Shown: positions 20,716 through 31,776 of the stretch, one piece after another
Layout of the letters: each line of letters opens with the position of its first letter
Position numbering within the stretch: position 1 is the first letter of the stretch
The notes under the pieces: generated by a model
The model's database searches: none
What the model was told of the DNA's origin: nothing
The model's input: only the letters and a program-made list of their open reading frames with translations
NCBI GenBank assembly: GCA_963677495.2
Contig: CAXXOU010000004.1
Span: 1,056,001 to 1,120,000 of the forward strand
DNA from: Candidatus Cloacimonadales bacterium
GTDB lineage: Bacteria; Cloacimonadota; Cloacimonadia; Cloacimonadales; JAFGVF01
Reading direction: 5' to 3'
Length of the DNA: 64,000 bases
Made by a program: the position numbers and the translations under genes

Positions 20716-23313
20716 ATGTTGACCAGTAAAGAGATTAGGCAACAATTTATAGATTTTTTCGTATCTAAACAGCATACCGTTGTGGAATCTGATACAGTTA
20801 TTCCAAGAAATGACCCTACCCTATTGTTTACAAATGCAGGTATGAACCAATTCAAGAACATCTTTCTTGGTGAGATTGAACCAAAAGAGTTAAGAGTAGT
20901 AGATTCACAGAAATGTATCCGTGCAGGTGGTAAACACAATGATTTGGATGAAGTTGGTAGAGACGGTTATCATCACACATTCTTCGAGATGCTTGGCAAC
21001 TGGTCATTTGGTGACTATTACAAAAAAGAAGCAATTATGTGGGCTTGGGAGCTCATAACAGATGTTTGGAAACTTCCTAAAGAGAAGCTTTATGCTACGG
21101 TTCATGAGAGTGACCAGGAAGCCTTTGACCTTTGGAAAGAGCATACAGACATTGACCCTACTCATATCCTCTTCGATGGAGATAAAGATAACTTCTGGGA
21201 GATGGGAGAAACTGGTCCTTGTGGTCCTTGCTCTGAGATCCATTATGACAGAGGAACTGACTACTGCGGAGTTGAAGGTGAACATGATTGTAGAGTTAAT
21301 GGAGATTGCCATAGATACATCGAACTTTGGAACCTTGTGTTCATGCAATACTTCCGTAACAAAGACCGTTCTTTAACTCCACTTAAAATGAAACATGTTG
21401 ATACTGGTGCTGGTTTTGAACGTTTATGCCAAGTATTACAAGGTCATAACAGTAACTATGATACTGATCTCTTTGTTCCTATCTTGAAGAAGATTTCAGA
21501 ACTAACAGGTGTCGAGTACAGCAGAGATGAACAAGGAGTTCCCCACCGAGTGATCGCTGACCACATAAGAGCTCTAAGTTTCTCTATCGCTGATGGTGGA
21601 ATCCCTTCTAATGAAGGACGTGGATACGTCATCAGACGTATTCTTAGAAGAGCTGCTAGAATGGGTCGTCTTCTCAATATGAAGAAACCATTCCTTTATA
21701 AAATTGTTCCAACTCTTATTGAGATTATGGGACACCATTTCACTGAACTGAAAGAGCAACAGGAATATGTTGAGATGATTATCAAAGGTGAAGAGGAACG
21801 CTTTAATCTTACCCTTGATAAAGGACTTGTAAAGTTTGATGAGATGATTGAAAAGACTGAAAGAACTACCCTTTCAGGTGATAATGCTTTCATGCTTTAT
21901 GACACTTATGGCTTCCCATTAGACCTCACAATAATCATAGCTGAAGAGAAAGGCTATATAGTTGATACGGATGGCTTTGAGAAGAAGATGCAAGAGCAGA
22001 AAGAACGAGCACGTTCAGCTTCTTCCTTCAAGGTTGAGCTGGATAACAAAGAGTGGACAGTACTTGGTGAAGATGTACCCACTGAGTTCTTGGGTTATGA
22101 GAATACTACTGTTGAAGTATCAATAATTAAATATAGATTGAATCATGACAACTCAGTAATGTTCATTCTTGATAAGACCCCATTCTATGCTGAATCCGGT
22201 GGTCAGGTCGCTGATACCGGTATAGTTTCTAATGATGACTTTGAGATTGAAGTTAGTGAAGTTAAGAAGAGTGGTGAGCAGTTTATCCATATTGGTAAGC
22301 TTAAATCAGGTATGATTAATGATAAGAAGGTCACAGCCTCAATTGACACTTTCCGTAGAAGAAGAATTGCATCCAATCATACAGCTACGCATCTTCTCCA
22401 TGCTGCTCTTAAGAAAGTTCTTGGTGATCATGTTCAACAGAAAGGATCACTTGTAACTGCTGATTATTTACGCTTTGACTTTACACATTTCAATGGGATG
22501 AAACCTGCTGAAATCGCTGAAGTTGAGAAGCTTGTAAGAGCCGAGATAACTAATGCATCATTAGTTGAGACAAAACTCATGACACCTGATGAAGCTAAAG
22601 AAGATGGTGCAACAGCCCTATTTGGTGAGAAGTATGGTGATGTAGTTCGTGTGGTTTCATTAAGCAACTTTTCAAAAGAGCTATGTGGTGGTACACATGT
22701 CAGTAATAGTGCTGAGATAGGTATGATTAAGATTCTTTCTGAATCTTCCAGTTCTGCAGGAATCCGTCGTATAGAAGCCATTACCGGTGAAGCTGTTTAT
22801 AACTACTATGAGAAGAAAGAATCACTGCTTAATGACGTAGCATCTCTACTTAAAGCAAAACATGAGAAAATAGCAGATAAAGTTCAGCAATTAATAGATT
22901 TAAACAAAGAGATTGAGAAAGAGCTAAAGACAATAAAGAGTCAGGCAGCCGGTTCTGAAATTGATAATCTCATTTCAAGTGCAGTGGAGATAAATACAGT
23001 CAAAGTAGCAGCTGGCAAAGTTGCAATTGATAACTCTAACGAGTTAAGAAATGCCGGTGATACATTGAGACAAAAGCTCGGTAGTGGTATCGGTATACTT
23101 ATAGCTGAGATTAAAGGAAAAGTATCACTTCTTACTGTTGTGACAGATGATCTTAAGAAGCAGTATCCGGCCGGTAAGATTGTTGGACAGCTTGCTGAGT
23201 TTGTTGACGGAAGAGGTGGCGGAAGACCTGATATGGCTATGGCTGGTGGTAAATCCATCGATAAGATTCCAACAGCATTGGAGAATGTGGAGAATATTAT
23301 AAAATCTTTTTAG
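20716..23313 (+). CDS. alaS: Alanine--tRNA ligase
   Basis: DPTLLFTNAGMNQFK, HHTFFEMLGNWSFGDY, NHTATHLLH, ELCGGTHV, GGGRPDMA. Confidence 0.98.
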   Translation: MLTSKEIRQQFIDFFVSKQHTVVESDTVIPRNDPTLLFTNAGMNQFKNIFLGEIEPKELRVVDSQKCIRAGGKHNDLDEVGRDGYHHTFFEMLGNWSFGDYYKKEAIMWAWELITDVWKLPKEKLYATVHESDQEAFDLWKEHTDIDPTHILFDGDKDNFWEMGETGPCGPCSEIHYDRGTDYCGVEGEHDCRVNGDCHRYIELWNLVFMQYFRNKDRSLTPLKMKHVDTGAGFERLCQVLQGHNSNYDTDLFVPILKKISELTGVEYSRDEQGVPHRVIADHIRALSFSIADGGIPSNEGRGYVIRRILRRAARMGRLLNMKKPFLYKIVPTLIEIMGHHFTELKEQQEYVEMIIKGEEERFNLTLDKGLVKFDEMIEKTERTTLSGDNAFMLYDTYGFPLDLTIIIAEEKGYIVDTDGFEKKMQEQKERARSASSFKVELDNKEWTVLGEDVPTEFLGYENTTVEVSIIKYRLNHDNSVMFILDKTPFYAESGGQVADTGIVSNDDFEIEVSEVKKSGEQFIHIGKLKSGMINDKKVTASIDTFRRRRIASNHTATHLLHAALKKVLGDHVQQKGSLVTADYLRFDFTHFNGMKPAEIAEVEKLVRAEITNASLVETKLMTPDEAKEDGATALFGEKYGDVVRVVSLSNFSKELCGGTHVSNSAEIGMIKILSESSSSAGIRRIEAITGEAVYNYYEKKESLLNDVASLLKAKHEKIADKVQQLIDLNKEIEKELKTIKSQAAGSEIDNLISSAVEINTVKVAAGKVAIDNSNELRNAGDTLRQKLGSGIGILIAEIKGKVSLLTVVTDDLKKQYPAGKIVGQLAEFVDGRGGGRPDMAMAGGKSIDKIPTALENVENIIKSF

Positions 23314-23325
23314 GAGGTATATTCT

Positions 23326-24831
23326 ATGAAGCGGTTTGTATTGGTAACATTGATATTATCAGTAGTGCTTTTGATTGGTGCACAGGATTACATTGCACCA
23401 CTTTGGGAGCTTCCTGAGATTTATACAAAGGTTAGTCTCTCCTATTTAAAGTACAATAAAGAGGTTAAGTTTGAGGTGATAGAGAATGATATGGAGGCTA
23501 AGTACTATCATATGTTCACCTCTCCAACTTCCTTACAACAATCTATATGTGAGTATCTTACAGGTAGAGAAGACTATAAAAGTCTGCTTAAATATACTAC
23601 TAAAAAGGCATATATTGATTTCAATGTTGCCGGTTATATTGATTATCGTGCAGTTGAAAAGAATGCTTTTTATTTCACCGGCTACGGTATGGAGATAAAA
23701 GCAAATATCAATAACAGATTCCTGCTTCATACTGATTGGTGGAAAGGTCATTATTCCGGTGCTACAGATGCTGCCGTAAATGATTACATTGTTGATAGCT
23801 GGCACAAATCTGATGAAGGTGAAAACAATGTTACACATATTGATAATATCAAAGGAAGTCTGAGTTATCTGACAGACAATGCAATCTTCACTATTGGTCG
23901 AGGGAACTTCCTTGTTGGTAATAACATAAGTGGAAGTATAATACTCGATAACAACTGCGACGATTATGGTTACCTTAGTGCTAAACTAACTATGGGAGAT
24001 TTCAGCTATTCTGTTATGCAGGGAACTCTTATCCCTGATGAATATGATGGAAACTATGGGAAAACTATGGTAGATAAGTTTGTATCTCTTCATAAGATAG
24101 ATTGGAATTATCAGAATATTCATCTTTTCCTGGGTGAAGAGATTATCTATGGACATAGATCACTAGACTCCAACTATCTTCTCCCCCTTGGCTTCTGGCG
24201 TATTAATGAGCATTTGCTTAGAGATCGAGATAATGTGCTTATTTTTGCCGGTGGTGACATAAAGCTAAGCAAAACGACTCTCTATTCAAACCTGATATTA
24301 GACGAATTGAGTAAAGATAAGATATTCACAAATTGGTGGGGCAATAAATGGGCTTTTCAAGCAGGCTTATCCCAAGACTTTCATTACCTGCTGAAAGATG
24401 ACATTACACTTACTGGTGAACTTACTATTGTTAGACCTTGGTTATACACCCACAAATACTATTGGAACTATTCTTCACATTCAAATCAAACTCTAGGTTA
24501 TCCTGAAGGCACTAATCTAGTCAACTATAGCTTGGAATGCAATATTCCAATCGAAAGAATGGGATCTCTAGACTTAAATTATAGCCTTACACGACAAGGT
24601 GACTATGCTAACAGCTATCTCTGGAACTACGAGGACAATATTCCCGGTGACAGAGATGAGTTCGAAACAGAGCTTCTCGAGGGAGAGATTACTAATACTA
24701 CTGAGCTAACAGCTGTTTACAGTATTGAATGGTTTGCACATCATTACTTCAAACTGGCAGCAAGCACCAAGTTTGACTCGAATGATAAAAAAGAGAACAC
24801 ATTCTCGATTAGCTATATGACAAAGTTCTAG
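23326..24831 (+). CDS. Hypothetical exported protein, probable outer-membrane beta-barrel (Wzi-like)
   Basis: Signal peptide, aromatic-rich alternating strands, terminal Phe. Confidence 0.6.
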   Translation: MKRFVLVTLILSVVLLIGAQDYIAPLWELPEIYTKVSLSYLKYNKEVKFEVIENDMEAKYYHMFTSPTSLQQSICEYLTGREDYKSLLKYTTKKAYIDFNVAGYIDYRAVEKNAFYFTGYGMEIKANINNRFLLHTDWWKGHYSGATDAAVNDYIVDSWHKSDEGENNVTHIDNIKGSLSYLTDNAIFTIGRGNFLVGNNISGSIILDNNCDDYGYLSAKLTMGDFSYSVMQGTLIPDEYDGNYGKTMVDKFVSLHKIDWNYQNIHLFLGEEIIYGHRSLDSNYLLPLGFWRINEHLLRDRDNVLIFAGGDIKLSKTTLYSNLILDELSKDKIFTNWWGNKWAFQAGLSQDFHYLLKDDITLTGELTIVRPWLYTHKYYWNYSSHSNQTLGYPEGTNLVNYSLECNIPIERMGSLDLNYSLTRQGDYANSYLWNYEDNIPGDRDEFETELLEGEITNTTELTAVYSIEWFAHHYFKLAASTKFDSNDKKENTFSISYMTKF

Positions 24832-24834
24832 TTA

Positions 24835-25872
24835 ATGATTATTGCTTCAATCTTTGCAACATTCTTGATAATTCTCTCCATTGCCATGCTAAGATGGCAT
24901 CCGAGACAGCATGAGAAAACACATAGCTTCTCGATTGTTGTAGCAATTAGGAACGAAGTTGACTTGATAAGAGACTTCATGGAGTCATTACACCGTATTG
25001 ATTACCCAATAGACAAGTATGAGATTATACTCGTTGACGATGCCTCAATCGATAATACATCCAATGTTATAAAAGACTATATTGAGGATAAACCTCAGTT
25101 CAAACTCATCGTATTAGAGGAAAAGAGTACTGAGTATCTCGGCAAGAAAGCCGCCCTTAAAGCAGGAGTTGAAAGCTCTAACAACGAGATTCTTCTCTTC
25201 ACAGATGCAGATACAACCGTACCTTCTAAGTGGCTAAGCTCAATGAACAGTTTCTATACACCTGAGACCGGTTTTGTTATCGGATATGTTAGAAAACGTT
25301 TCATACCGGCAATGGCAAGGTTCAAAAGATTAATGTCAGTAGGTAATTTTGCTTCTACAGCCGGACTTGGTTTACCTTTCAGTTGCTCTGGCGGAAACCT
25401 ATCTATTCGAAAAGAGACCTTCGATGAGATTGGTGGTTATGAGACAATCAAGCATGAAGTTGCAGGTGATGATAAGCTTCTCTTGAAGCTTGTGAATAAG
25501 ACTAAATGGAAAGTTGCTTACAATTCAGAAATTAAGGTTCTGGAAAACAACAGACAGGAATCCTTGAGCTCAACAATCAACCGAGAGAAACGCCAGATGG
25601 GCAAGTTCAGAATGTCCTCTCCCCTCTACATGTTTCTTTCATTATTGATTCTTGTTTTCTTTATCTGGCTTCCCATAAACGTTATAGTCACTAAATCACT
25701 TCTACCTCTTCTGCCCTATGCTCTAGGAATGCTTTCATTCTATGTGGCAAGTTGTTTCAAACATCATGAAGAACTCAAACCTGTAGACTTACTGTTTATC
25801 TTTATTCTACCATACTACATGCTATTCTTTTCAATCTGGGGCGCATTATCGGGGTTTAAATGGAAAAACTAA
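24835..25872 (+). CDS. Glycosyltransferase family 2, membrane-bound
   Basis: VVAIRNE, VDDASID, FTDAD, GDD; C-terminal TM helices. Confidence 0.9.
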   Translation: MIIASIFATFLIILSIAMLRWHPRQHEKTHSFSIVVAIRNEVDLIRDFMESLHRIDYPIDKYEIILVDDASIDNTSNVIKDYIEDKPQFKLIVLEEKSTEYLGKKAALKAGVESSNNEILLFTDADTTVPSKWLSSMNSFYTPETGFVIGYVRKRFIPAMARFKRLMSVGNFASTAGLGLPFSCSGGNLSIRKETFDEIGGYETIKHEVAGDDKLLLKLVNKTKWKVAYNSEIKVLENNRQESLSSTINREKRQMGKFRMSSPLYMFLSLLILVFFIWLPINVIVTKSLLPLLPYALGMLSFYVASCFKHHEELKPVDLLFIFILPYYMLFFSIWGALSGFKWKN

Positions 25873-26738
25873 CTAAGAGTAGGATAACTTTCTTCCTAAA
25901 GCTGACTTTGTCTGCTATCATCCTTTTTTTGATATTCAAGAATCTTGATTTCAGGAATGTATTCAAGAATATAAGCTCATATTCTCTTCTAACAGTAATA
26001 GCTGTTCTGGCTCTCGCATTAGTTAAACATGTGACTCAGTATTATAACTGGAAGAAGTTCCTTCAAATTAATCCGGATTATAAGAGTTCAGAGCTAGATA
26101 TTATCAAATCATATCTGATTGGTTTAGCTCTAAGGTTTGTTATGCCCGGTGGTCTTGCAACCTTTGGTAAAGTCTATTACGTTGATAATAGTAGTAAAAA
26201 GGATACAGCACTTTCAATTGGTTTAGAGAAAGTGTTTGGCACATGGACAATCTGGTTCTTTGCCGGTTGGGCTTCATTATTCTACTTTGATAATTTTTCT
26301 TATAGTCTAAGAATAAGCCTTGCGTGTCTGATAACAGTGTTTCCAATTGTACTATACTTCGTTATAGGAAAGATTAATAAACTAAAGAAGTACCAGGTAT
26401 CTTACAAACACAACATCTTCAAGATTATCATTAGCCAATTAATCTACGAAAGCTCAACATTCATGCAATACTGGTTGTTTATTAACACGTTCATCAGCAT
26501 CTCATTAGCAAAAGTAGCATATAGCACAGCCCTTATCTTATTTTCTAACACTATTCCTATCACATTTAGTGGTATTGGACTCAGAGAGTTCTTTGCAATC
26601 AATGTTCTCAGTAAGTTCGCGATATCAAGTGAAATTGCTGTAGCATCTGCCTTTTCAATTTTCTTGTTTAATGATCTGCTCCCGGCTATTTTAGGTGTGT
26701 ATTTTATTCTTAAGAATAAGAAGTCTAGATTAAGATAG
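25860..26738 (+). CDS. Lysylphosphatidylglycerol synthase TM / flippase-like protein (UPF0104)
   Basis: Multi-TM; PITFSGIGLRE motif. Confidence 0.8.
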   Translation: MEKLTKSRITFFLKLTLSAIILFLIFKNLDFRNVFKNISSYSLLTVIAVLALALVKHVTQYYNWKKFLQINPDYKSSELDIIKSYLIGLALRFVMPGGLATFGKVYYVDNSSKKDTALSIGLEKVFGTWTIWFFAGWASLFYFDNFSYSLRISLACLITVFPIVLYFVIGKINKLKKYQVSYKHNIFKIIISQLIYESSTFMQYWLFINTFISISLAKVAYSTALILFSNTIPITFSGIGLREFFAINVLSKFAISSEIAVASAFSIFLFNDLLPAILGVYFILKNKKSRLR

Positions 26739-26984
26739 CTTACGCATAATTCCGGTCACTTGTGTGAGTTTAAGAGCATAGGGAATTGGAATTAAATGTT
26801 TATTCACTCCGAAGTCGCAAGAAGTTGGTTGTCGGTTCACCGAACTCCCGATGCTGGTTGTAATGTCTTATTGATTGTCATCCCGATAGTTTAATGCAAT
26901 CGAGTTAATACTTTTGCTATCCTGACGTGTAAGAAGACTATTGATTCGTGGATTATTAAACCTTGTCATTTACTTGTATGGGAT

Positions 26985-29900
26985 TTAGTTCTCCTCGAAC
27001 ATAATTAAGAAATCTTGCTTTATGGAATTAAAAGATAAAAACCTATGATTTAACTCATCACTTTCTAAGTAGCTGACGGGAATTATTTGATTTGTTAAGA
27101 ACATATACTTAAGCTTATACTCACTGACACTATCAAGAGAGAGTGAATCCCCAAGTAAATCAATATTTGCATTTAACCATTTTTCTCTTGCAGTTACTTT
27201 TTTATCCCAAGGAATAAACTTCTTTAATTCCCCATACTGTTCATATGGAGTTTTTGCAAGAATCAACTGCTTACATTCTAAGGCAATGATAAATTTTCTC
27301 TCTTTTGAGACGATGATTATATCAATATCTCCAAGATCCTTTTTAGATTTCAAAACACTTGTTGGACATATTTTCATTTCTTTTTCAACGATGAACTCAC
27401 TACTCTGATATTTACTAAGGAAATTGTAAACATCTTCATTAAAGTGCTTTCCCCTTAAATCATTTACTCTTCCGATGTACGAGATCATAGTTTTGCTTCT
27501 TGCTTTATATTTACCAAGGGTTATTGCCTCTGAAAGGTAGTACATTGAGTCTTGAAGCTCACGAGCTCCGAAACAAATCTGTTCAATTCCATTTTTATTC
27601 AACAAAATATAAGGTTTCATAAATAATGAGAACTTCCTTTTAAATCTCCATGGATGATATTCATATTGCTCATATATCCGTACATCTACATCACTGTTTT
27701 CTTGTGGCTTTAGACTAAATGCCTGAATAATTGCTTCCAATTCTTCTTGATTAAGTTCCGAATCAGTCCTTACTGACCTCTTAAAATCGTTGAAACTATT
27801 TAGATATACTGATCCTTCAAAATTAAATGCAATATCAATGGACTGGGATAGCAAATTGGTATAACTATCATAAGAAAAACCAAATTCCGATAAGAAAGCA
27901 ATCTTGAATTTTTCTTCATCAACACTTTCCTGCAATTTAAAGGGATTATATGCTTCTTTTGAGAATATGATCCTTTCCTCAAATTTATCTTTAAAATACA
28001 TTCTTTTGCTTTCTTTGTAGTCATAACTAATACCCAACCTACCAGATTTCAGCAATTTAACCCTAGGGTTATCAATATTGTAATAAATACTATCCCTAAT
28101 TGAAGCCCACTCAATAACATTTATCATATATGCAATTGCTTTGTCGAAATCTTTTTGATTAAATGTACTATCTCCGGAATAATTCATATAGATTGCTTTC
28201 TCGATAAGACATCTTATTGCTATTGAGACTTGATTGTTACCTTTGTCTTCTGAGATTAATTTATTTTTCACATCAACATCTTCAATAAAACATTCGATTT
28301 TTGATGCGAGAGACTTATTGAACCACATCCTCCTTTGAATTGATGATTCGTAATACATCAAGAATATCGAGACAACATCATTTACATCATATCTTTTCAA
28401 AATTTCTTCTAAACCATCAGTATAAAATTCAACAGCTTGTTTTAACTCTTCTAAGCAATCTTCTCTTCCTAAAATCTGTCCTTCAGCCTTTCCTACATTC
28501 CTTAACAACAATCCGAAATCATCAATTTGTGAGTTTAAATAATAACTTGGCAGTTTCACATAATCGCTTAAGTTTTCGGGACTTAGTCTACAATCATCTT
28601 GACTGTTATATAGAAAGAGCATTTTTTTTGATCCCAAAGGTAAACAACAATCTAATATACTCTGAATATTTAAAGTTACTTGAGAAAACTGCTCAAACCA
28701 TTTCATGAAATATTGGAATACTTCTGACATTATGCTTTTTTCAAATGAGTTATCTGATTTTGTAAGTCTAAGAATAAGGTATTCATCAAGCTCAATCAAT
28801 AGAGTGTTTTCTTCAAGATGGAATTTCCCAAGACAGGCAGGGGGATTTTTTTCTTCCAAACCAATGTTAGCTTTAAGACTCTTTGGTTGAAAACTGATGT
28901 TGAAGTTTAACTTATTTTCTACAGCAATCTGATCTTGATTAAATCTCTTTGATAAAGAATACATCCAGTAAGCAACGCATCTGGACAGTTCATGCATGAT
29001 TTGTTTGTTTATTGTTCCATTCTCTTTAGTTGAAAGTCTGTATTGAATAAAGACATTAACTCCTAATACTTCTGTTAGTACAAAATATGGGAGATTAGGA
29101 CTATACCAGGATGAATAGATAGGAAGAATAGATGGGTATTCAATTCTAATAACAGGGACATATATATTTTGTCCTTGGTACTTATATTGAACAAGGTGCT
29201 TATCTTGTGCATTGATTGTATCAAATTTCATGCTTAAAGCTGTACCGACTCCAACACTAATTGAACTAGAGGTGCTTTCATCCGATATATAGAAGCTGTT
29301 ATCGTTATCCAAAAACATCGCTATGTTATCAAGAATAAAAGGGGTTATGTAAGTTAATTTTTGACTTGCCTCTAAATAATTCCAAATTGAAAATTTAGTA
29401 GTAGCCTGATGTTGAAATATAATGTTTAAATCATTAAGTGCTAATATTATGCTGTCCTTAAAACCATCAATTTCCACAAAATGATCTATTGAAGATAACA
29501 ATGAGAATCCTCTACCGATACCATTGATAATGGTCAACCGGTAAATCTCATAATTATTGAAGCTCTTATCCTTTTGAAGTCCCTTAAGCAGGTTTTCTCT
29601 TCTCTTGGATATTTTTTGGGCTTCTTTTTCATCAAGTTCATGAGTATCTGTCATTATTGGATTGCATGGGTCTATCTGGGAACAATCATCGAGAATGTAT
29701 TCTAAATATAGTATTTTATTAGAATCAAAGCCAAAGATGCCATCCATAACAGGCAATTTTGTGGATGAAATTTGATAATCTTGAAGCGCATATCCTTTAT
29801 TCTGAAGAAGTTGAACTATCCTCTTCCAAGAATGTTGTTCATATAAATCTTTTACTGAGTGCAGAAATCCTAGTCGTATAGCATTATACCAAATATTGTT

Positions 29901-30785
29901 TAAACAAGCATAAATAATTGTTGTTGGACCAATAAGAATATAATAATTCCCTTTTTTTACTATTGGTCGTTGTAAAATGGGATTTGTAAAATTGTCATCA
30001 TTCTGTAAGAGTGGATTACCTAAATCTAAAACAAAATCATCAATCCATTCATTTTTAAATTCATAATCATTAAAGATTGAACTAATGACTTCTTTAGTAA
30101 GGATTAATTGTTTGCTTAACTCGATCAAAGTGATATTTTCAGGAATAGTAATTGCCCGATCAAGTTCATATTCTACAAACATATTTCTACTATGCTTCAT
30201 AGATTTAGCTAAATAGTTAGATATCGATAATAAAAGATATGTAGGTCCTAGAATCGATAGTTTTATTTCTTGTGTTAGACAACTTTTATCACGGAATATG
30301 GAATCTATCAATTGTTGTAGTATAAGTACCTGTCCTTCTGCGATACCTGTGTACACAATTCTATTACCAAAAGGAGTCATAATATTCTCTGTAAAAAGAT
30401 TTTCAGGTGGATCCTCAAGATGGTGTGATGGAAAATTTTTATGAATGATTTCTCTTAACTCATTAGAGCTAATTTTTTTGAGAGCTCCTTTATCGGATAT
30501 AAGTGCTTGCCGAGTAATTTCTTCTAATCTAATATTTTTGCTATGATTCTTAGGAGTTATATGTAGAATGCTAAGCTTTGAAAGCAAATCAACATTATCG
30601 TAAGTTGAGAAAAAACCTGTAACATCTTTAATTTCAGACTGAATTAAATCTTCTTCATATCTGTTGAAAGCTTCATCTATGTCATTCTTTAGTATAAAAG
30701 ACTGGCAATTTACAAGGCAACAATATTTATACTTTTTTCCGCTACCACATGGGCATTTTTCATTTCGACCAACTGTTTTTGTCAT
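26985..30785 (-). CDS. Large protein with N-terminal SEC-C motif and C-terminal PD-(D/E)xK nuclease-like motif
   Basis: [26 protein letters not shown]...ALECK near the C-terminus. Confidence 0.75.
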   Translation of the reverse strand: MTKTVGRNEKCPCGSGKKYKYCCLVNCQSFILKNDIDEAFNRYEEDLIQSEIKDVTGFFSTYDNVDLLSKLSILHITPKNHSKNIRLEEITRQALISDKGALKKISSNELREIIHKNFPSHHLEDPPENLFTENIMTPFGNRIVYTGIAEGQVLILQQLIDSIFRDKSCLTQEIKLSILGPTYLLLSISNYLAKSMKHSRNMFVEYELDRAITIPENITLIELSKQLILTKEVISSIFNDYEFKNEWIDDFVLDLGNPLLQNDDNFTNPILQRPIVKKGNYYILIGPTTIIYACLNNIWYNAIRLGFLHSVKDLYEQHSWKRIVQLLQNKGYALQDYQISSTKLPVMDGIFGFDSNKILYLEYILDDCSQIDPCNPIMTDTHELDEKEAQKISKRRENLLKGLQKDKSFNNYEIYRLTIINGIGRGFSLLSSIDHFVEIDGFKDSIILALNDLNIIFQHQATTKFSIWNYLEASQKLTYITPFILDNIAMFLDNDNSFYISDESTSSSISVGVGTALSMKFDTINAQDKHLVQYKYQGQNIYVPVIRIEYPSILPIYSSWYSPNLPYFVLTEVLGVNVFIQYRLSTKENGTINKQIMHELSRCVAYWMYSLSKRFNQDQIAVENKLNFNISFQPKSLKANIGLEEKNPPACLGKFHLEENTLLIELDEYLILRLTKSDNSFEKSIMSEVFQYFMKWFEQFSQVTLNIQSILDCCLPLGSKKMLFLYNSQDDCRLSPENLSDYVKLPSYYLNSQIDDFGLLLRNVGKAEGQILGREDCLEELKQAVEFYTDGLEEILKRYDVNDVVSIFLMYYESSIQRRMWFNKSLASKIECFIEDVDVKNKLISEDKGNNQVSIAIRCLIEKAIYMNYSGDSTFNQKDFDKAIAYMINVIEWASIRDSIYYNIDNPRVKLLKSGRLGISYDYKESKRMYFKDKFEERIIFSKEAYNPFKLQESVDEEKFKIAFLSEFGFSYDSYTNLLSQSIDIAFNFEGSVYLNSFNDFKRSVRTDSELNQEELEAIIQAFSLKPQENSDVDVRIYEQYEYHPWRFKRKFSLFMKPYILLNKNGIEQICFGARELQDSMYYLSEAITLGKYKARSKTMISYIGRVNDLRGKHFNEDVYNFLSKYQSSEFIVEKEMKICPTSVLKSKKDLGDIDIIIVSKERKFIIALECKQLILAKTPYEQYGELKKFIPWDKKVTAREKWLNANIDLLGDSLSLDSVSEYKLKYMFLTNQIIPVSYLESDELNHRFLSFNSIKQDFLIMFEEN

Positions 30786-30820
30786 GTTTCACACCTTTTA
30801 ATCGTATATATCTTCCTCAG

Positions 30821-31057
30821 TCACTTCCTATCTTTCGGTGGACATGGATCATTACCATAACTATTGCCACCACGAATCTGTCCATTTACACCATGAATCT
30901 TAGTATCAGACTTCTGGTTCTTTGCTATTCGAGTTGCGACTTTAATGGCTTCTTTTTGTGTCTTTGTGACTTTTGTTGCTTTAGAGTTACCAGCACCTTT
31001 TACAGCCCAGTCTTTTCCATGCTTCACAACATGTTGATTTTTCCCTTTAGTATACAT
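30821..31057 (-). CDS. DUF2188 family protein
   Basis: QHVV...WAVK..G..KAT....TQKEAI..A...A......IHG.NGQIR..NSYGNDPCPP pattern. Confidence 0.85.
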   Translation of the reverse strand: MYTKGKNQHVVKHGKDWAVKGAGNSKATKVTKTQKEAIKVATRIAKNQKSDTKIHGVNGQIRGGNSYGNDPCPPKDRK

Positions 31058-31475
31058 GCATCCTCCATTTTATAAATAAAATAGTTGTAATTCTTACTAA
31101 GAGTTTCTATCCCTAATAGTTTTTTAATATATTGGTTATTTTTAGCATATTCAATTCTGGGGTCAAGTAAAATAATTTAGAAAACATCATTGTTCAGATT
31201 GTAGCTCATTTTGAATTTCTATGCATAAATCATACATAGGTATATCCAATAGTTATGATCTACTATTTTCTTCGTTTTACCTAATATTTTTTAATCTACA
31301 TATAGTGGCTCCCCACCAGCTTATGAGCTCCTTAAAAAGTAGTTGCTTTAGTGTCTAAAGCGACCAGCAGAAGGAGCTCGCTTGCAATTGCAAGCAACAA
31401 TTAAACTCTCCGATAACTTTAGCCAATGACTAAAGAAGAGCTTATATGCCTTAAGAAAGTTGCCCTTAAAATACA

Positions 31476-31551
31476 AACTACGAAAACCACAAAAAGCACC
31501 CAAAGGGGGTTAGCTCTATTATTTTTCGTGTATTTAGTGTATTTCGTGGTT
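31476..31551. repeat. Inverted repeat of AAC(C/T)ACGAAA / TTTCGTGGTT type
   Basis: AACTACGAAAACCACAAAAAGCAC ... TTTCGTGTATTTAGTGTATTTCGTGGTT. Confidence 0.6.
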
Positions 31552-31608
31552 AAATATAAAACAAAGATGAATGAGTGATTTGTCTCCTTTACATCACATC
31601 TATTCCCT

Positions 31609-31646
31609 GTTAGCTTGCCGTTAGCTTCCCGTTAGAAACACGTTAC
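31609..31646. repeat. 11-bp periodic array (core GTTAG)
   Basis: GTTAG 31609, 31620, 31631; GTTAC 31642; downstream ~70 bp resembles 58660-58730. Confidence 0.85.
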
Positions 31647-31776
31647 AGGAAGCGAGAATTGCATTAGTACTAGATGATGAAAAGATGCAAGATAGATTTA
31701 CTATGTGAAAGTGCAATTTCATTGACAACAATCTCCAACGCATTAGAAAGTAGATAATAATCTAAAAGGACGTTTT

